64,000 nucleotides of DNA from Octopus vulgaris (GCA_951406725.2 OX597824.1:2480001-2544000); one strand, 5' to 3'. Positions 15,037 to 29,175 are shown, numbered from the stretch's first letter. Notes: generated from the letters alone by a model not told the origin. Numbers and translations: made by a program.

Positions 15037-15202
15037 TATTAACTTTATATATATATGTAATGCATGTGCATATGCGTGTATTCGTGTATATACGTACATA
15101 TTCCCTGAATAGTTGATGATCATCGAATAAACTAGTATGGATTGAAGCATATATACCTATAGAAAACACACAAACACGCGCATGCATACACATACACTCA
15201 CA

Positions 15203-15236
<34 letters not shown>

Positions 15237-15854
15237 TATATATATATATATATAATATATATATATATGCATATATGTATATATATACGATTTTACATAT
15301 TTCTCCACGGCTTTCGGCGATACACACAAATGCACACTTACACATACACATATAACATAAATACATATATACATTCGTACATACATGAGAGAAAAAGAGA
15401 AGAGACTATTCTCAAAAGTACCGGAAACACTACGTAATTTATTAATCAGCAGCATGATTGATGACATTGAAAGCGAACTTATCGGAGTTCATTAATTAGT
15501 TATATGTATTATGACAGTCGTGTATCAACAGGTGTATTCAATCACTGTGTCGAATTGTAAACAATCTTTCATTTGAAATTGTTGATCAATAGAAATATTT
15601 CTGCTGTACGATACTGTAAACGTAAACAAAAGGAACTGGACAATTTCCGAAATCATCCATCTGGATATTCTTTGTTCCTTGTTGTTATCTAATTATAACT
15701 AATAATATGAATGGTCGATATAATAGTAAACGTTAAACAAAGGGCATTTTAAGGGACAACTTTTTAGTATAAATGTCAACGAAGGGCGAACGTTAAAGGG
15801 CTTCTTTATAATTTTGGCAGAAATTCCTAATTTAGGTACAAAGCCAGCAATATG

Positions 15855-16065
15855 TCTGTATGTCTGTGTTTGTCCCCCTAGCATTGCTTGACAACCGATC
15901 CTGGTGTTTTTACGTCCCCGTCACTTAGCGGTTCGGCAAAAGAGACCGATGGAATAAGTACTGGGCTTAAAAAGAATAAGTATCGGGGTCGATTTGCTCG
16001 ACTAAAGGCGGAGCTCCAGCATGGCTGCAGTCAAATGACTGAAACAAGTAAGAGAATAAAAAAAG
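15855..16065 (+). mobile_element. 3' half of a tRNA-derived SINE
   Basis: tgtccccctagcattgcttgacaaccgat...gactaaaggcggagctccagcatggctgcagtcaaatgactgaaacaagt; homologous minus-strand copies at 47400-47620 and 51884-52060. Confidence 0.8.
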
Positions 16066-17239
16066 AATAATATCTAGTGGGGCACCATTAGTCGAAGCCA
16101 TTGACCCAGCTGCTTCATTAGTACAATATTTTAACGACCCCGAATCGCTGAGAAGCAGAGTTGGTCTCGGCAGGATTTCGATTCTTAACGTAAGGACATG
16201 GGACAAATATCCGGAAGCTGTATTTTTCCGACTCTCTAACGACACTGTCAGACCACCACCATTAATGGCTTCTCTTTTAAACTCAAGGCCAACATCATTA
16301 AGCAAAGAGTTGGTCGATTACATCGATTTTAGTATTTGATACTTTAATTTATCGCCCCTGGAGAGATGACAAAAAACATGTTGTCTTCGATTTGATGTCT
16401 TTTCAGAATGTAATAGCACGAATTAAGTTCTTAATAATGACATTTGATACCAATGTGTTTCAATATTCCCCGTTCTCTTGAAATATCTCCATGTAAAAAC
16501 ACAAATATAATTTTTTACTCAAATCTGTGTTCTTCTATATTGGTTGCTTCCTTTTACAAACACCAGTAATATTTTTTCTTTTTCACTTCTCTAGTTTTGG
16601 AAAACTTCCAGACACGCAATATAAGATGTGCTGCACAGTTGTAATAATATGCATTATTTTATTTGTCTCCTTCATGATCAAAAACTCCAGCGACATTTCA
16701 GAGTAGACTACAATTTGGTAACAGGAAAGGAGTTCGCAGAAGAAAAATCCAGAAGGGAGAAATGTTAGGGGACGAGAATCAACAAAGGCATTCCTAAAAT
16801 GTCAAGTATAAGAATTTACTCACACTGAAGAGTGTTCTTCAAGAGCTGTAAATATGGTTTGTTTCTGCATGATATCACAAGAGTCCTCATCCATCACACA
16901 GTCATTCTCAACCGCCACCGGACACCCATCAAAGTCTAATGATTTTTACCTCTAAACACGGGAAACAAACCATGATGAAAGATTCCTTTCCAATCAAAAA
17001 CTTCGATGAAAGTCACGTCTACCTTCTCATTGCTACGAGACGACAGAATCATGAACGATATGGACCTTGGCGTCATTTTTTCCGCTTGTTTACGTTCTGA
17101 GTTCAGCTGAGTTTGACTTCCCTTTCCGCCCTTGAGAAATAATAGATTGAATAATAAATCTACGAGACCCCCTACGAGATCTCCTACCCACAAATTTTAC
17201 AGACTCATGCCTATAGTAGAAAAATTTATTATTACTGTT

Positions 17240-17413
17240 ATGCTTAGCGACATTTCGTCAGTCTCCATGTTCTGAGATCAAATTCCGCCTCAGTTGAATT
17301 TTCCTTTTTTCCTTTCGGAGTCAATAAATTAAGTACCAGTGATACAGTGAGGTTAATGTAATCGACTAGTCCCCTGCCCCAAACTTTCAGGCCTTGTGCC
17401 TTTAGTAGGAAGG

Positions 17414-17415
<2 letters not shown>
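17240..17415 (+). mobile_element. Degenerate Meta-domain-like SINE
   Basis: gttctgagatcaaattccgcc...cctttcggagtcaataaattaagtaccag, followed by an (ATT)n tail. Confidence 0.7.
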
Positions 17416-17454
<39 letters not shown>

Positions 17455-17455
17455 C

Positions 17456-17499
<44 letters not shown>

Positions 17500-17669
17500 A
17501 AGCAGCAGCAGCATCAGTTGTAGTATTAGTAGTTGTCATATCGCACTGATATGAATGTAGATGTTTACACACACACACACATGCATATATATGTGTACAT
17601 AAATATATGTGTGTGTATAAATATATAAACATAAATATATATGATCACATATATATAAACACGCAGACA

Positions 17670-17699
<30 letters not shown>

Positions 17700-17700
<1 letters not shown>

Positions 17701-17895
17701 GGGAGAGTTTACGAAAAAAACAAAAGACGAAGACAGGTGGTGTACAAAACAAACAGGTGTATTAACGCTCAGGAATAGAAAAAGTATTCTACGTTTCGAG
17801 CCTATGCTCTTCTACAGAAAGGGACACAGAAAAAACAAGTAGAGAAACAAGGAGAGAAAAATATGTTTGTACTGGCTAACGATCTATCATGGCGA
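17700..17895 (-). mobile_element. Short PLE-like element with a hammerhead-like motif
   Basis: Flanked by TA arrays. Minus-strand 17787-17820 reads ttt CTGTAGA a gagc atag gctc GAAA cg TA gaa. Related copies at 22154-22186 and 42084-42117. Confidence 0.5.
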
Positions 17896-18805
17896 TCTAT
17901 CATGTATATATATATATATATATATACATTCAAAATCATATATCATTAAGTGCGTGTATATAAGTGTCTAGAATTTTGAAATGTTGATGTAAACAGATGT
18001 AAACAAATTTATGCAAACAAACATAAATACCATTACATAATCAGCATTGTAAATAGACATAATTTGATTTTTATATCTTTGCATTTGCATATAACCACAC
18101 CGCCACATACACACGCACACACACACACGCACACACACACACACACACACACATGCATAAACATACATTATGTGTATATTCAATATTACCATTTTATACA
18201 ATTACTTACAAAATTTTCAGAATTAACACAAGCAACACACGTCATGTTAACAATTATGCGATAACAACACAAACACGAGTTCTGACTTCTGAACCTTTAT
18301 AGGTTTTTTTCCTTCTTTTATTTATAGATGATGGTGCACGTCAATTATACATTGTTGTGGAAAATGTGTCTGTCTAACATCAAAATACATATTTACTGAA
18401 TTCTTTACCTAATTCCATACATTAAATTAGTATTTTCATTATGAATACGAAATTATTTCCTTTTTGTATTTCATGATTAATATTTATAACCCTTTTGCTT
18501 GCATAACTTGTCCGCTCATATCGCATCTAGCTTTATACACCCATGCACATACACATACACAGACACACACATGCACATACGCACATACGTACACACACAA
18601 ACACACACACACACACACACACATATATATGTATATGAATTATGTTATTAAAGTTTAGTACAACAAACAGGAGGAATATTCGAAAAAGCTGGAGTCAACA
18701 AGAAGTTCTATGGTTGGTCATTTACTTGAAATAATTACAATTAATTTTGAAGGTGTACGCGTCTCATGCTATACTCTGCTACATTCTTAACAGAAAATAA
18801 CATAA

Positions 18806-18870
<65 letters not shown>

Positions 18871-18939
18871 GGGAGTATAGCTCCAAACTTACAGGGAAAA
18901 TTTCAATTTAGTATTATATCAAATTTCACAATATAAATT

Positions 18940-19220
18940 TATAAAATATAAATTAGAGATAAAACCACTATTATGCAACTCAAACAGTGATAGACATAAA
19001 CCAATACATAAATAACAAGTAATATAAATATAATCAATATAATATATATATTATTTTTTTCCCAAAGTGTATAAAAAGAATGATAGATATAATATAAGTA
19101 ATATATATATTATATATTATATTAATTATATTTATATTATTTGTTATTTGTGTATTGATTTATGGCTATCACTGTTTGAGTTGCATAATAGTGGTTTTAT
19201 CTCTAACTCATATTTTATAT
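18940..19220. repeat. ~90 bp inverted repeat pair
   Basis: 18940-19030 (ttagagataaaaccactattatgcaactcaaacagtgatag...) versus 19130-19220 (ctatcactgtttgagttgcataatagtggttttatctctaa). Confidence 0.9.
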
Positions 19221-19235
19221 ATATATACATACATA

Positions 19236-19280
<45 letters not shown>

Positions 19281-19894
19281 ACATACACGCACGTACATAT
19301 ACATATGTGAGCCTTTGCGTTGTTGCCACTCTTGCGTGTAATAATGATCTTATATTCTTAAAGGTATCCTTTTCCATTTAACCGAATAAATGGTAGACTT
19401 TGGTAAAACGTAATAAAAGTGAACACTTAATATTTATAACGTTACGAAAATCTTAGATTTTATATGGAACATTCATTATCTCAAAGGCGGAATTTGCTCT
19501 CAGTAGACACTGTGACCTTTTCTCTATCATCTTTGCTTCCAATGCCCTTTAGCATTCCAATATTTATTGCTTGTTCTACATATATACACAAGCAGGAATC
19601 AAAAACGCCTCGCAATATTAAAAGACTCTATAAAAGCCAGATATTTCTTAATCTTTCTCTCGAGAGGACCAAAGAAGAACTTTGATGCCACCACGTTTCT
19701 TAAAATATCTTTTTGCAACACTATTTCAACGAAAGCAGAGATGACTTATTTCCCCCAAGACCATCCACTAATCATTCCATTCTAATCATTCGTCTTTATT
19801 TCTTCAAGCATTTCCTGAAATCCTTGAAGAATTTAAATTTCACAGACTATCAACAATGCTCAGGTATCGAACTTCGGAAAACACAAAAAGCCAT

Positions 19895-20685
19895 AACAAA
19901 CAACAACAACAGCAACAACAACAACAACGACAACGACGACGACTACGATTACGATGAGGATGATGATGATGATGATGAGGAGGAGGAGGAGGAGGAGGAG
20001 GAGAGGGAACGAGGATGATGATGAAAATTATGAGGAGGAGGAGGAAGAGGAGGAAGAAAATGATGATGATGATGATGAGGAGGAGGAGGAGGAGGATGAG
20101 GAGGAGGAGGATGAGGAGGATGAAAATGATGAGGAGGAGAGGAAGAGGAGGAAGAGAAGGTGGAGGAAGAAAATGATGAGGAGGAGGAGGAAGAGGAGGA
20201 GAAGGAAAATGATGATGATGAGGAAGAGGAGGTGGAGGAAGAAAATGATGATGAGGAGGAGGAAGAAGAGAAAGAAGAGGAAGAAGAGGAGGAGGAAAAT
20301 GATGATGATGAGGAAGGGGAGGTGGAGGATATGGAAGAGAATGAGGATGATGGAAATAATGATGATGATGATGAGGAGGAGGAGGAGGAGGAGGAAGCTG
20401 ATGATGATGAAGAGGATGATGATGTGGAAGGTTATAATGATGATATTGATAATATTAATTATTATTATTATAAAAATGTTTTCTTTTATTTATTATCAAT
20501 ATCAGTAATATATAAATCAAAATAACAATAACCAGTGTTAGAAATAGTAGTTGTAGTAGTAGTAGTAGTAGTTGTTGTTGCAGTTTGTATTTGTAAGTGT
20601 ATTTGTAGTAGATGGAGTGATGAAAATGATGATGATGATGTTGATGATGATGATGACGACGATCATGTTTTCATCATCATCTTCA

Positions 20686-20749
<64 letters not shown>

Positions 20750-20832
20750 CATCATCATCATCATCATCATCATTAAAGAACAACACAATATACAACAACA
20801 TCAAGACGAAGAGAAACAACAACAACAACAAC

Positions 20833-20920
<88 letters not shown>

Positions 20921-21200
20921 AGCTATTCCATGAGTTGCCAAGAATCTTGGAATGTTGTCTGTTGGTATTCTGGGCACGCTCACACTCATAGCAACTCTTA
21001 AGCAGAACCGTTGGGAGTTCTCTCTCGCTGATTAACGAAATTTTCTTTCATCTAAATCAATATTTCATTCTTGGAGATGATTTTCGTTTTCAAATCGTAA
21101 TTTTATCAGTTGCAAAAAAAGGAACCTAACCAAATAAATTAAGCCGTTTTCTATTTCTGTAACTGCAGCACAGAGAAACTCTTATGTTGTTGTTGTTGAC

Positions 21201-21231
<31 letters not shown>

Positions 21232-21682
21232 CCGATGATGATGATGATCACGATGATGACGATGATGATGATAATGATGATGGTGATGATGATGACGATG
21301 GCGATGATGATGATGATGATGATGCCGATGATGATGATGATGATGATGATGCCGATGATGACGACAATAACGATGATGACGATGATGTTGGTACAGCTGC
21401 TGTTGCTACTGATGTAGATGATTTCACTATTTTTGTTATTGTTCTTTTACATAATTGGTGATGTTTCTCCTCCAACTATTGTTGTTGTTGTCGTTGTTGA
21501 TAATGCTGATGATGATGATGATGATTATGACGACGACGACGACGACGACGACGACGATGATGATGATGCAGTCGTTGATGCAGTTGTAGATGTTAAGTAT
21601 GTCATTTTTATTCCTGATGCTGGCATTGTTGTACATTTTGATGATGATTATGACGATGATAATAATGATGATAGTGATGATG
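19895..21682. repeat. Compound triplet microsatellite field (AAC, GAC, GAT, GAG, ATT, AAT)
   Basis: Directly visible. The frame shifts between blocks and the field is interrupted by short unique spacers. Confidence 0.9.
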
Positions 21683-22305
21683 AGGGTCGGATTAAACCGC
21701 AAGTAACGTTAAACCCGGCAATCAAATACATTGTCGATGTTTCCTTTCCTCTTATTTTCGTCGTTTATGAAGGACTCCCATGTCACAGTGTATCCTTCCT
21801 TATATAAAACAACAGTGTGGAATCAAACGAAGATATGACTACTATTTTTTGCGTATCACGTTACACTACTGAATGTCCATTACGCTGGTAAATTCTGCAT
21901 CTTACGCTACCAGAACGAATTATTGGTCGTTTCACTTTTCAAACTCTCAGAATCGATAAAACGTGCTTTAATGGTTGAATGGTTACGAAGTCCGTTTCAC
22001 AGCCACATAATCATGCGTTCGCTTACACTGCCTAGCAACTTGGGAATGTATCATTACGAGGCGACCAGAACCATGGAAACGAATTTGGAAGGTGGTATTG
22101 TGTAGAGCTACGTCCAATATAGATATATCATTCATGAATTCACATGTCTCCTGTTTCTTAAGAAGAGTTTTGCTCGAAATATAAAGCACCCTTTCTTTCC
22201 TTCCCTAAGCGCCTTATTAATACTTTGCATGTACAACGTCCTCGCGTTGTTGTTTTTTCTTGTGTTTTCTTCTTCGTATTTTGGGATTAATTATATATAC
22301 ATGTA

Positions 22306-23346
22306 ATCGAAGGAGTAAAATCAAGCCCAGCCAAAGTCGCTAGTGGTGTTTCCACAAGGCACTGTGATGGGCGCACTTCTTTTCATCATCTTCATCAATG
22401 ACGTCACTGCTATCATCAAGCACAGTAACGTAAGACTCTTTGCAGATGATTCCAAGATCCAGAAGGTCATCAGTGAAGTGGGTGACCGGACATGCTTTCC
22501 GTCAGATCTACTGGCTGTCATCCAATGAGCGGGAAAGAATAATCTGCTGCTGAACGAGGACAAATTTGAGTTTATCCACTTCTGAAAAGATGATACTTTG
22601 AAACGCCCATACTCCCTTCAGGTGAAAATCTCATAGCATCCAACAACATCAGAGACTTGGGAGTAATTGTGAACAACAACGTAATCTAGGCCGCCAATAT
22701 AAACAGCAAAGTTGACATGGCCCGCAGAATGTGTTCCTGGATTCTCAAAACATTCCAATCGAGAGATATCCACACCATTATCCTTCTCTTCTCTAAATTT
22801 GTCCGACCCCACCTTGAATACTGTTGTCCACAGTCATTTCCCCACACAAAAGAAAATATGAAAGGTGAAGCACGTCAAAGGTCAATTGCAAAAAAGGTAG
22901 ATGGCATGACAGGCCTTGACTATTGGGCTCGACGAGAAAAGCTCAAGCTTTATTCTCCCCCACGCAGCTGTGAGTGGTACATCAGTTATCTGATGTGGAA
23001 AATATTCCATCAGCATTGCCCAAATGATGTTGGCATCGCCTTTAATATTCACTCAAGGTTTGAACCCCGTGCTATGCGCCCACAACATAAATCATACTCG
23101 CATCACATATCAACAATACTGCACAATTATTTCACCTCAATTGGCCCCGCTGTCTTTAACATTACATCAAAACAAATTAAAGCAGAAACAGACCCCATGA
23201 AGTTCAAAAAGTCTGTGGACAAATTCCTTCAAAAAATCCAGGATAAATCTCCTACACCCGGATATGTCTCAGCAAACAATAACTCTCTCCTCGAGTGGGC
23301 CATGTCCTATTCACTACAATCGTGGATAAAAGACTCTTTCTGTTAA
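22306..23346 (+). mobile_element. CR1/L2-group LINE reverse transcriptase, 5'-truncated pseudogene
   Basis: SGVxPQGTVMGALLFIIFIND, RLFADDSK, LNEDKF, RDLGVIV and VRPHLEYC motifs, with in-frame stops and frameshifts. Confidence 0.9.
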
Positions 23347-23464
23347 TTCATCAGAAGACTGACCATTTATTTAACAGGGCTGATAGTTGGAGACAGTATT
23401 CATCGTAGTTTCGATAAATAGTCTCCCACGCCAAATATGCGAGTTTTCATATCGAGTTCTTAAT

Positions 23465-23478
23465 GTATGCATGTATGC

Positions 23479-23511
<33 letters not shown>

Positions 23512-23740
23512 TGTATGTATGTATGTATGTATGTATGTATGTGTGTATGTATGTATGTGTGTGTATGTGTGTATGTGTATGTATGTAGCTATGTGTGTAT
23601 GTATGTATGCGTTGTATGTATATGTGTATGTATGTATGTATATACGTATGTATGTATGTGTGTATGTACGTATGTAAGCATGTATGTGTGTATGTATGTA
23701 GGTATGAGTGTTTGTATGTATGTATGCATGAGTGTGTGCG
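23465..23740. repeat. (TATG)n microsatellite
   Basis: Directly visible. Confidence 0.95.
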
Positions 23741-24241
23741 TTGTGGAGTGCTAAGGTTTGCAGACTGCATATCTGCGTTTGCTTGAGTCTATCTCCGTGT
23801 CCTGTTATGTCTGTCGTAAGTTCGAAATCATTTGAAAAAACACATTGTTTGTAAACCGAAACTTAGCTGTGTGTTACAAAAGAAAAAAATCGCTGCAACC
23901 AGAGTTTAAGCAGTGAGGGCCATTTGCTATGACCGGTTAAATTCTCCTCAAAGTGACGCCCCAGAATGGACGTAATTTAAAGAAAGATACGATTATATTG
24001 AATAAATGAAATAACCAGAGTAAAGAACCTAACATGTTTGGAAGAAACTGCCTGAAAAGAATGGTTTTTTTAGCACGTGACTATTTTGTACTTGCTCTTT
24101 ACTAACGGTAATCGTCACTATCTTCACCCATATTGAAGAGTATTAAAATAAAAACCAGTCGAGTACATTGTTGACCGTTCCCTCTTTCTAAGTTTATAAC
24201 GATATAGTTTTGTCATAGATATATAAGAAATCAACAAATCA

Positions 24242-24307
<66 letters not shown>

Positions 24308-24695
24308 TTTGGCGCAAATAATATTCATGTAAAAATACGATGAATTCATTTTTTATTTTAATTCTTATCTTCTGTGCACCGTATTATTATCGAAAATACA
24401 CTTTTAGTATTTGTCTCTAGTACTTAGCTCTTTTTTTTTTTAATTTGTTGTATTCAAGGTATGTGAAGTAAAAGCGATTGTGTTTGGTTCTAGCATTTTG
24501 TTTCTGGAGTTGGTAGACGTTTAATCTTTCCTCTTAAGTAGGCTATTTAAAAAACAATGGACGCGACTATCGTCTGGCTTTGTGAGAATTACAATTCATT
24601 CGAAAGTTTACATTCCGCTTAATATGCTTGATGCTCTGTGTTTATTTTTTTAAGTGAACTATTATACAGTATAATTCTTGTCTGTGTGTTTGCGT

Positions 24696-24773
<78 letters not shown>

Positions 24774-24942
24774 ACGCATTTATGAATGCATTTATAAGTA
24801 TATAAGATTACACGTATAGAAATATATGAGTGATTGTGTTGTCTGAGACTAAATACCTACGTGTAACGTACATAGCTTGTTTCTGTGTGAATATATTTTA
24901 CAACACAAGGACACACAGTCACACATGAATGTGTGCGCATGC

Positions 24943-24977
<35 letters not shown>

Positions 24978-25146
24978 ATGTGTCTTATATTATTTCATAA
25001 GTAACATGAAATATATATTTTTGTAATACCTTTATGTTTATAAGCAATAGAATATACTGTCTGGCTATCAAATAATTTGTGCTGTTACACTCAGTCATGC
25101 TTCATAACCTACATGTTTCCACGTTACGAGATTATATATATATATT

Positions 25147-25179
<33 letters not shown>

Positions 25180-25279
25180 TTGTCTGTGCCCTTGTTTAAA
25201 TTATATATGCGCACAGATTTATGTGTGTGTGTGTTTGCTGTAAAATATATTGATAGGGAAACAAGCTAAAATGCTTATA

Positions 25280-25311
<32 letters not shown>

Positions 25312-25333
25312 ATGTAGAATTACTCAATAGTCA

Positions 25334-25396
25334 AGATAAAACTCTGAGTTTCAGATGCCGAAGTGGAAATCCACAACACCATCTCTTCGGTTATCT
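25334..25396 (-). ncRNA. Type I hammerhead-like motif (U4C variant)
   Basis: Minus strand: agataa CCGAAGA gatg...catc t GAAA ctcagag UU ttatct. 6 bp stem I, 4 bp stem II, short stem III. Confidence 0.6.
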
Positions 25397-26177
25397 GGCC
25401 ATCTGAAAAAAGGCTATGAAAAAATACCGTTATATAAAGGGAAATTACTGTGTTATAATTCTGCTACTTATATAAAATAAGATTAAAATTTCATAGTAAA
25501 ACACGGCTAGTCATACGCTCACATGTGCGCTCGCGGACCCACGTGCGTACTTATACGTCACTATGAAAACGTACACATCTTCACTCGCATTTTTCGCCAA
25601 ATATATATGCATATATATACAAACTCATACACACACACATGCGTACCGTAAAAGTTCATACATACGTCTATATACTCACAAGCACAAGAAAAACCATGGT
25701 TAAAGGTAACAGAAAAAAACATAAGGAAGTATACAAAGCATAAAACCACGTTCATAAACGGACATGCCCTTAGGCACTCATACACACACACGACCATATA
25801 TGTAAATACCCGCACATGTTTATATACGCATACATACACATGCATATACGAAAAATGAATATACATATGCCCCCCCCCCCCAAAAAAAAACCCTAAAAAA
25901 ATGGAAAAATACTAAGTAAAAACGTCTATTTATATATGCATTCTTATGCCCGCACACACGCACACATCTAAAACTGCCCACTCATACATATTCACACACG
26001 TGTACAAATAAATCTATATTACACGTCTATATAGGCACAGGAAAAAAAGCAGGATAAAAAAGTACAGAAAAAATAAATATGTGTGAAAATATAACATTAT
26101 ATGAAATAATAAAAGGTATAATGAGATTAAAAAACTTTTTGGGACATAATATAGAAAGCAAGTTCTATCTGTTTTCT

Positions 26178-26480
26178 TTAGGGGACCAAAAACGTAACAA
26201 AACTTTTGTCACATATGGGCATGATCCGAAAAGTTCTGTCCTTTGAGTTTAGACATGTAGTAGGGTCTAAGCTGCTTTTCCAGATAAACCATCTCTCCAT
26301 GTCGCATAGACCGCACTTTCCGCTGCCGTTGGTGTAGGGCTTACATTTGGCCAAAATCTTCCAATGGATGTTATAATCGACACATTTATCTTTTAATGAC
26401 CAAATATGACTAGATACGTTGTCTGACAGTCTCCACCTTTTTCCTTTTTCACATTTTGCATGTACACATATATCCATATA

Positions 26481-26547
<67 letters not shown>

Positions 26548-26861
26548 TGAATGTCGAACGATGAAAACGAGTACTCAACACCGTATTGGTGGAAATAAAT
26601 TATTTATTTATGAATGAAGGCTACCATTTGTTTCATGTTAAGAAAAGTAGGAACGCATTCGAGTGTTTTAACATTCGAGTGTAATATTTCGTTTACTGAT
26701 GTTGTGATGTTGAGAAATGAAACAACGGAACTTCTTGCTTTTAGAACTAAGGGTGATGCCGATGGTATCATTAATCCTGTAACATGTTGTTTTCGGGCAA
26801 TAACGTATATATTTATTCTGAGTCCGTTGTGACAGCTTCGAACGTAAGTATCTGCCAACAC
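26178..26861 (-). mobile_element. Penelope-like element: linker and GIY-YIG endonuclease C-terminal remnant
   Basis: SSHIWSLKDK...IHWKILAKCKPYTNGSGKCGLCDMERWFI...LNSK matches the PLE EN C-terminus (LSxHIWxLK...WxIL...YxNxSxxCxLCxxEKxxI...LNxR). NVKTLECVPTFLNMKQMV resembles the PLE linker. Split by a (GT)n array. Confidence 0.8.
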
Positions 26862-27649
26862 CGCTATTTAGAAGGTCTGCTTTTAAAGCACACGTAATTC
26901 ACAGGTGTAAGGGCCATTGAGGCATCGTAACATTTCGACATTATTCTGTGTCCCTTCAGTTAAAGCTAGTCCGCCGGATCGATGGACCTAACAAGTGCAC
27001 GAGTTGTTTATAGAAATCACGAAACGCTTTATTTGCCGATGTGTTCTGACACCTGTAATACAAATAATGATTTTGTATTATTTGTAAATGTCACTGTTTC
27101 GTGGAGATGTTAAAATGTATGAGATATTATTACAGACATTTTAGGACCCGCTTCGTGCAAGTTAGCAGCTTCCGTCATATTCTGATTACGTTTGCGTGTA
27201 CTCAAGGAGATATTTCTATATGTTTGAGAATTTATCATCCAACCGTCTCTTTAGATGTGGCTGTCTTACCTTTATATCTTTTCTCTGATATATCACATTC
27301 AATATTAGTTAAACCTACATGACCAACCATCCTAAAGACGGCAATGTAGCATTTGAGGAATGTATTACTGTAACTGTATACACGTCGACCGACTGAGAAG
27401 ACAGTTCTACGCTTTCTCGGGACCAGATGCGTAATATATGAAAGTTACTCCCAGTTGATTAGATCTCATTTGTTCTCATTTCTAAGCTTTCAAAAGGATT
27501 TTTTCCAAGTTCGTCATTTATGTTTATCAGGTTTTGATAAAGACTGCTTTGCTAAAGACTACTTATGATAACCGATGCCGTTCACGTTGCGTTGGTAGAC
27601 TTTATTGCCGCAAGAAGTGAATAGGAAAGCTGAAGACGTGAAAGGTAGT

Positions 27650-28060
27650 CCGAACAGGTTTTTCAGATTACGATCCAGGGATCGATAATATTCAAATTTA
27701 ACTATGACTCTGTGTTGTTAACAAAATCAAGTGGGAACTGGAGGCCCATGCTACAGAAATAAGAAGGATCTTTTACTGGGGGAAATTTCAGAAGAACAAC
27801 TCGGATAGATATCTAATATGCGGACCTAACGACTTGAAATCGGTAAGCCATCAAAAACATTTTTTTAAATCTCGGTTATATAACACGGGTGTTATGGTGT
27901 TTTGTGCAGCACCAAGCAGTTATGATGATTTATTGCACCATCCACATCAAATGGTGTCTCATTTAAACAAATTATGCAAGCAATAAGGATGAAGCATAAC
28001 GAAAGCACACTAACATTTCCTCGCAGAATTGTGCTCGACAAACAAAATCTTCATTTAATG
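27650..28060 (-). mobile_element. Highly decayed Penelope-like RT remnant
   Basis: Minus-strand, frameshifted reads EEMLVCF, DGLPISS-LGP and YYRSLD appear in the order expected for LVSFD, DGxxMGSPLGP and YxRYVDD, upstream of the EN remnant. Confidence 0.4.
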
Positions 28061-29175
28061 TTTGTAAGATTTTAGGGCTGAAGTGACGTAAATTCATATC
28101 CCTCAGAATGTGCTCAATGATGTTTGACAGATATTCACAAGAGGTGAACCACGCCTAAATCATGTATGCGGATGTTGTTTGTAATGTTAGCTGATTAGTT
28201 GAACAGTTTGATTTTATTCTGACAGCCACAAGTCGATCAAACGAGGGGCAGCAATAATTGAATCGCTACTCTCTCATTTGCTACACACCACATCAATCGT
28301 TCTCCTTCGATTAGTTGAAACCCTATCAATCTTCCACATTATATTGCCGTTCGATTGAAGTGAACGATTCTGTTTAAATATCCACACAGTTTGCAGTGTT
28401 CTAATGTAACTTGCTCGAAATTCCAACATGGAAAAAGAATACGTGTTATCATAATTTATATTGGATTATTTCGAAGAATCTAAATAGTTCTATGTGCGTA
28501 AGTGTGCGTGAGTATGTATGTATTTATTAAAATGATTCTCAAAGCTATCGGGCTGGTTTTCAAAAAAGACACACAAAATGCTGTCACTGGAATTTGGATA
28601 ACAACAACGATACTTCTTATACTCTGAACTTTAAAAAAGGGGTCTCGCATGATTTTACTGATCCACTTAACTGTATCAGTAAAGTTTGAATATGTCGTAT
28701 ACAAACGTGCTCGCGTACATACACACACAAACACACACACATACGCACGCCCCGGTCCACATGTTTTACTATGTTTTAGCTAATGTCTACCGATATTAAT
28801 AGCCAGTTGTTATAATTTAATATACTTATACTTAGAGTAGAGTGTCACAAGAACACAGTGCGTAATATCAATTAAGGTATAACAAACGAATACGAGCTTA
28901 GTATTCATATTTATTAGCTTATAAACGTGCCTGCCTTAAGATGTCGCGCGAACACTTGGAGCTGAGTGCAAAGGTTTTTTTTAGCAGAAACACCTGTATG
29001 TCAATGTATGTGAATATGTAACAATTCTCGTTTGGCTTTCATTAATAGACGTGCGTGAATGTAAGTGCATCTGTATGTGTGTCTTTGTATGTGTATACGT
29101 GTGTGTGTGTATCTATACAGGTGTATAGATTAGGAAGTTAATAAGAGTTTATTATCAACAACAAATCGATCATTA

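Noticed and set aside
16820-16852. CUGAAGA...agagctgta
   Set aside because: No GAAA box and no stem I partner.
19713-21807. Acidic, poly-R and poly-M ORFs
   Set aside because: Pure triplet repeats open in several frames, with frameshifts and no domain content.
27626-27655. CUGAAGA cgt GAAA
   Set aside because: No room for stem II and no stem I.
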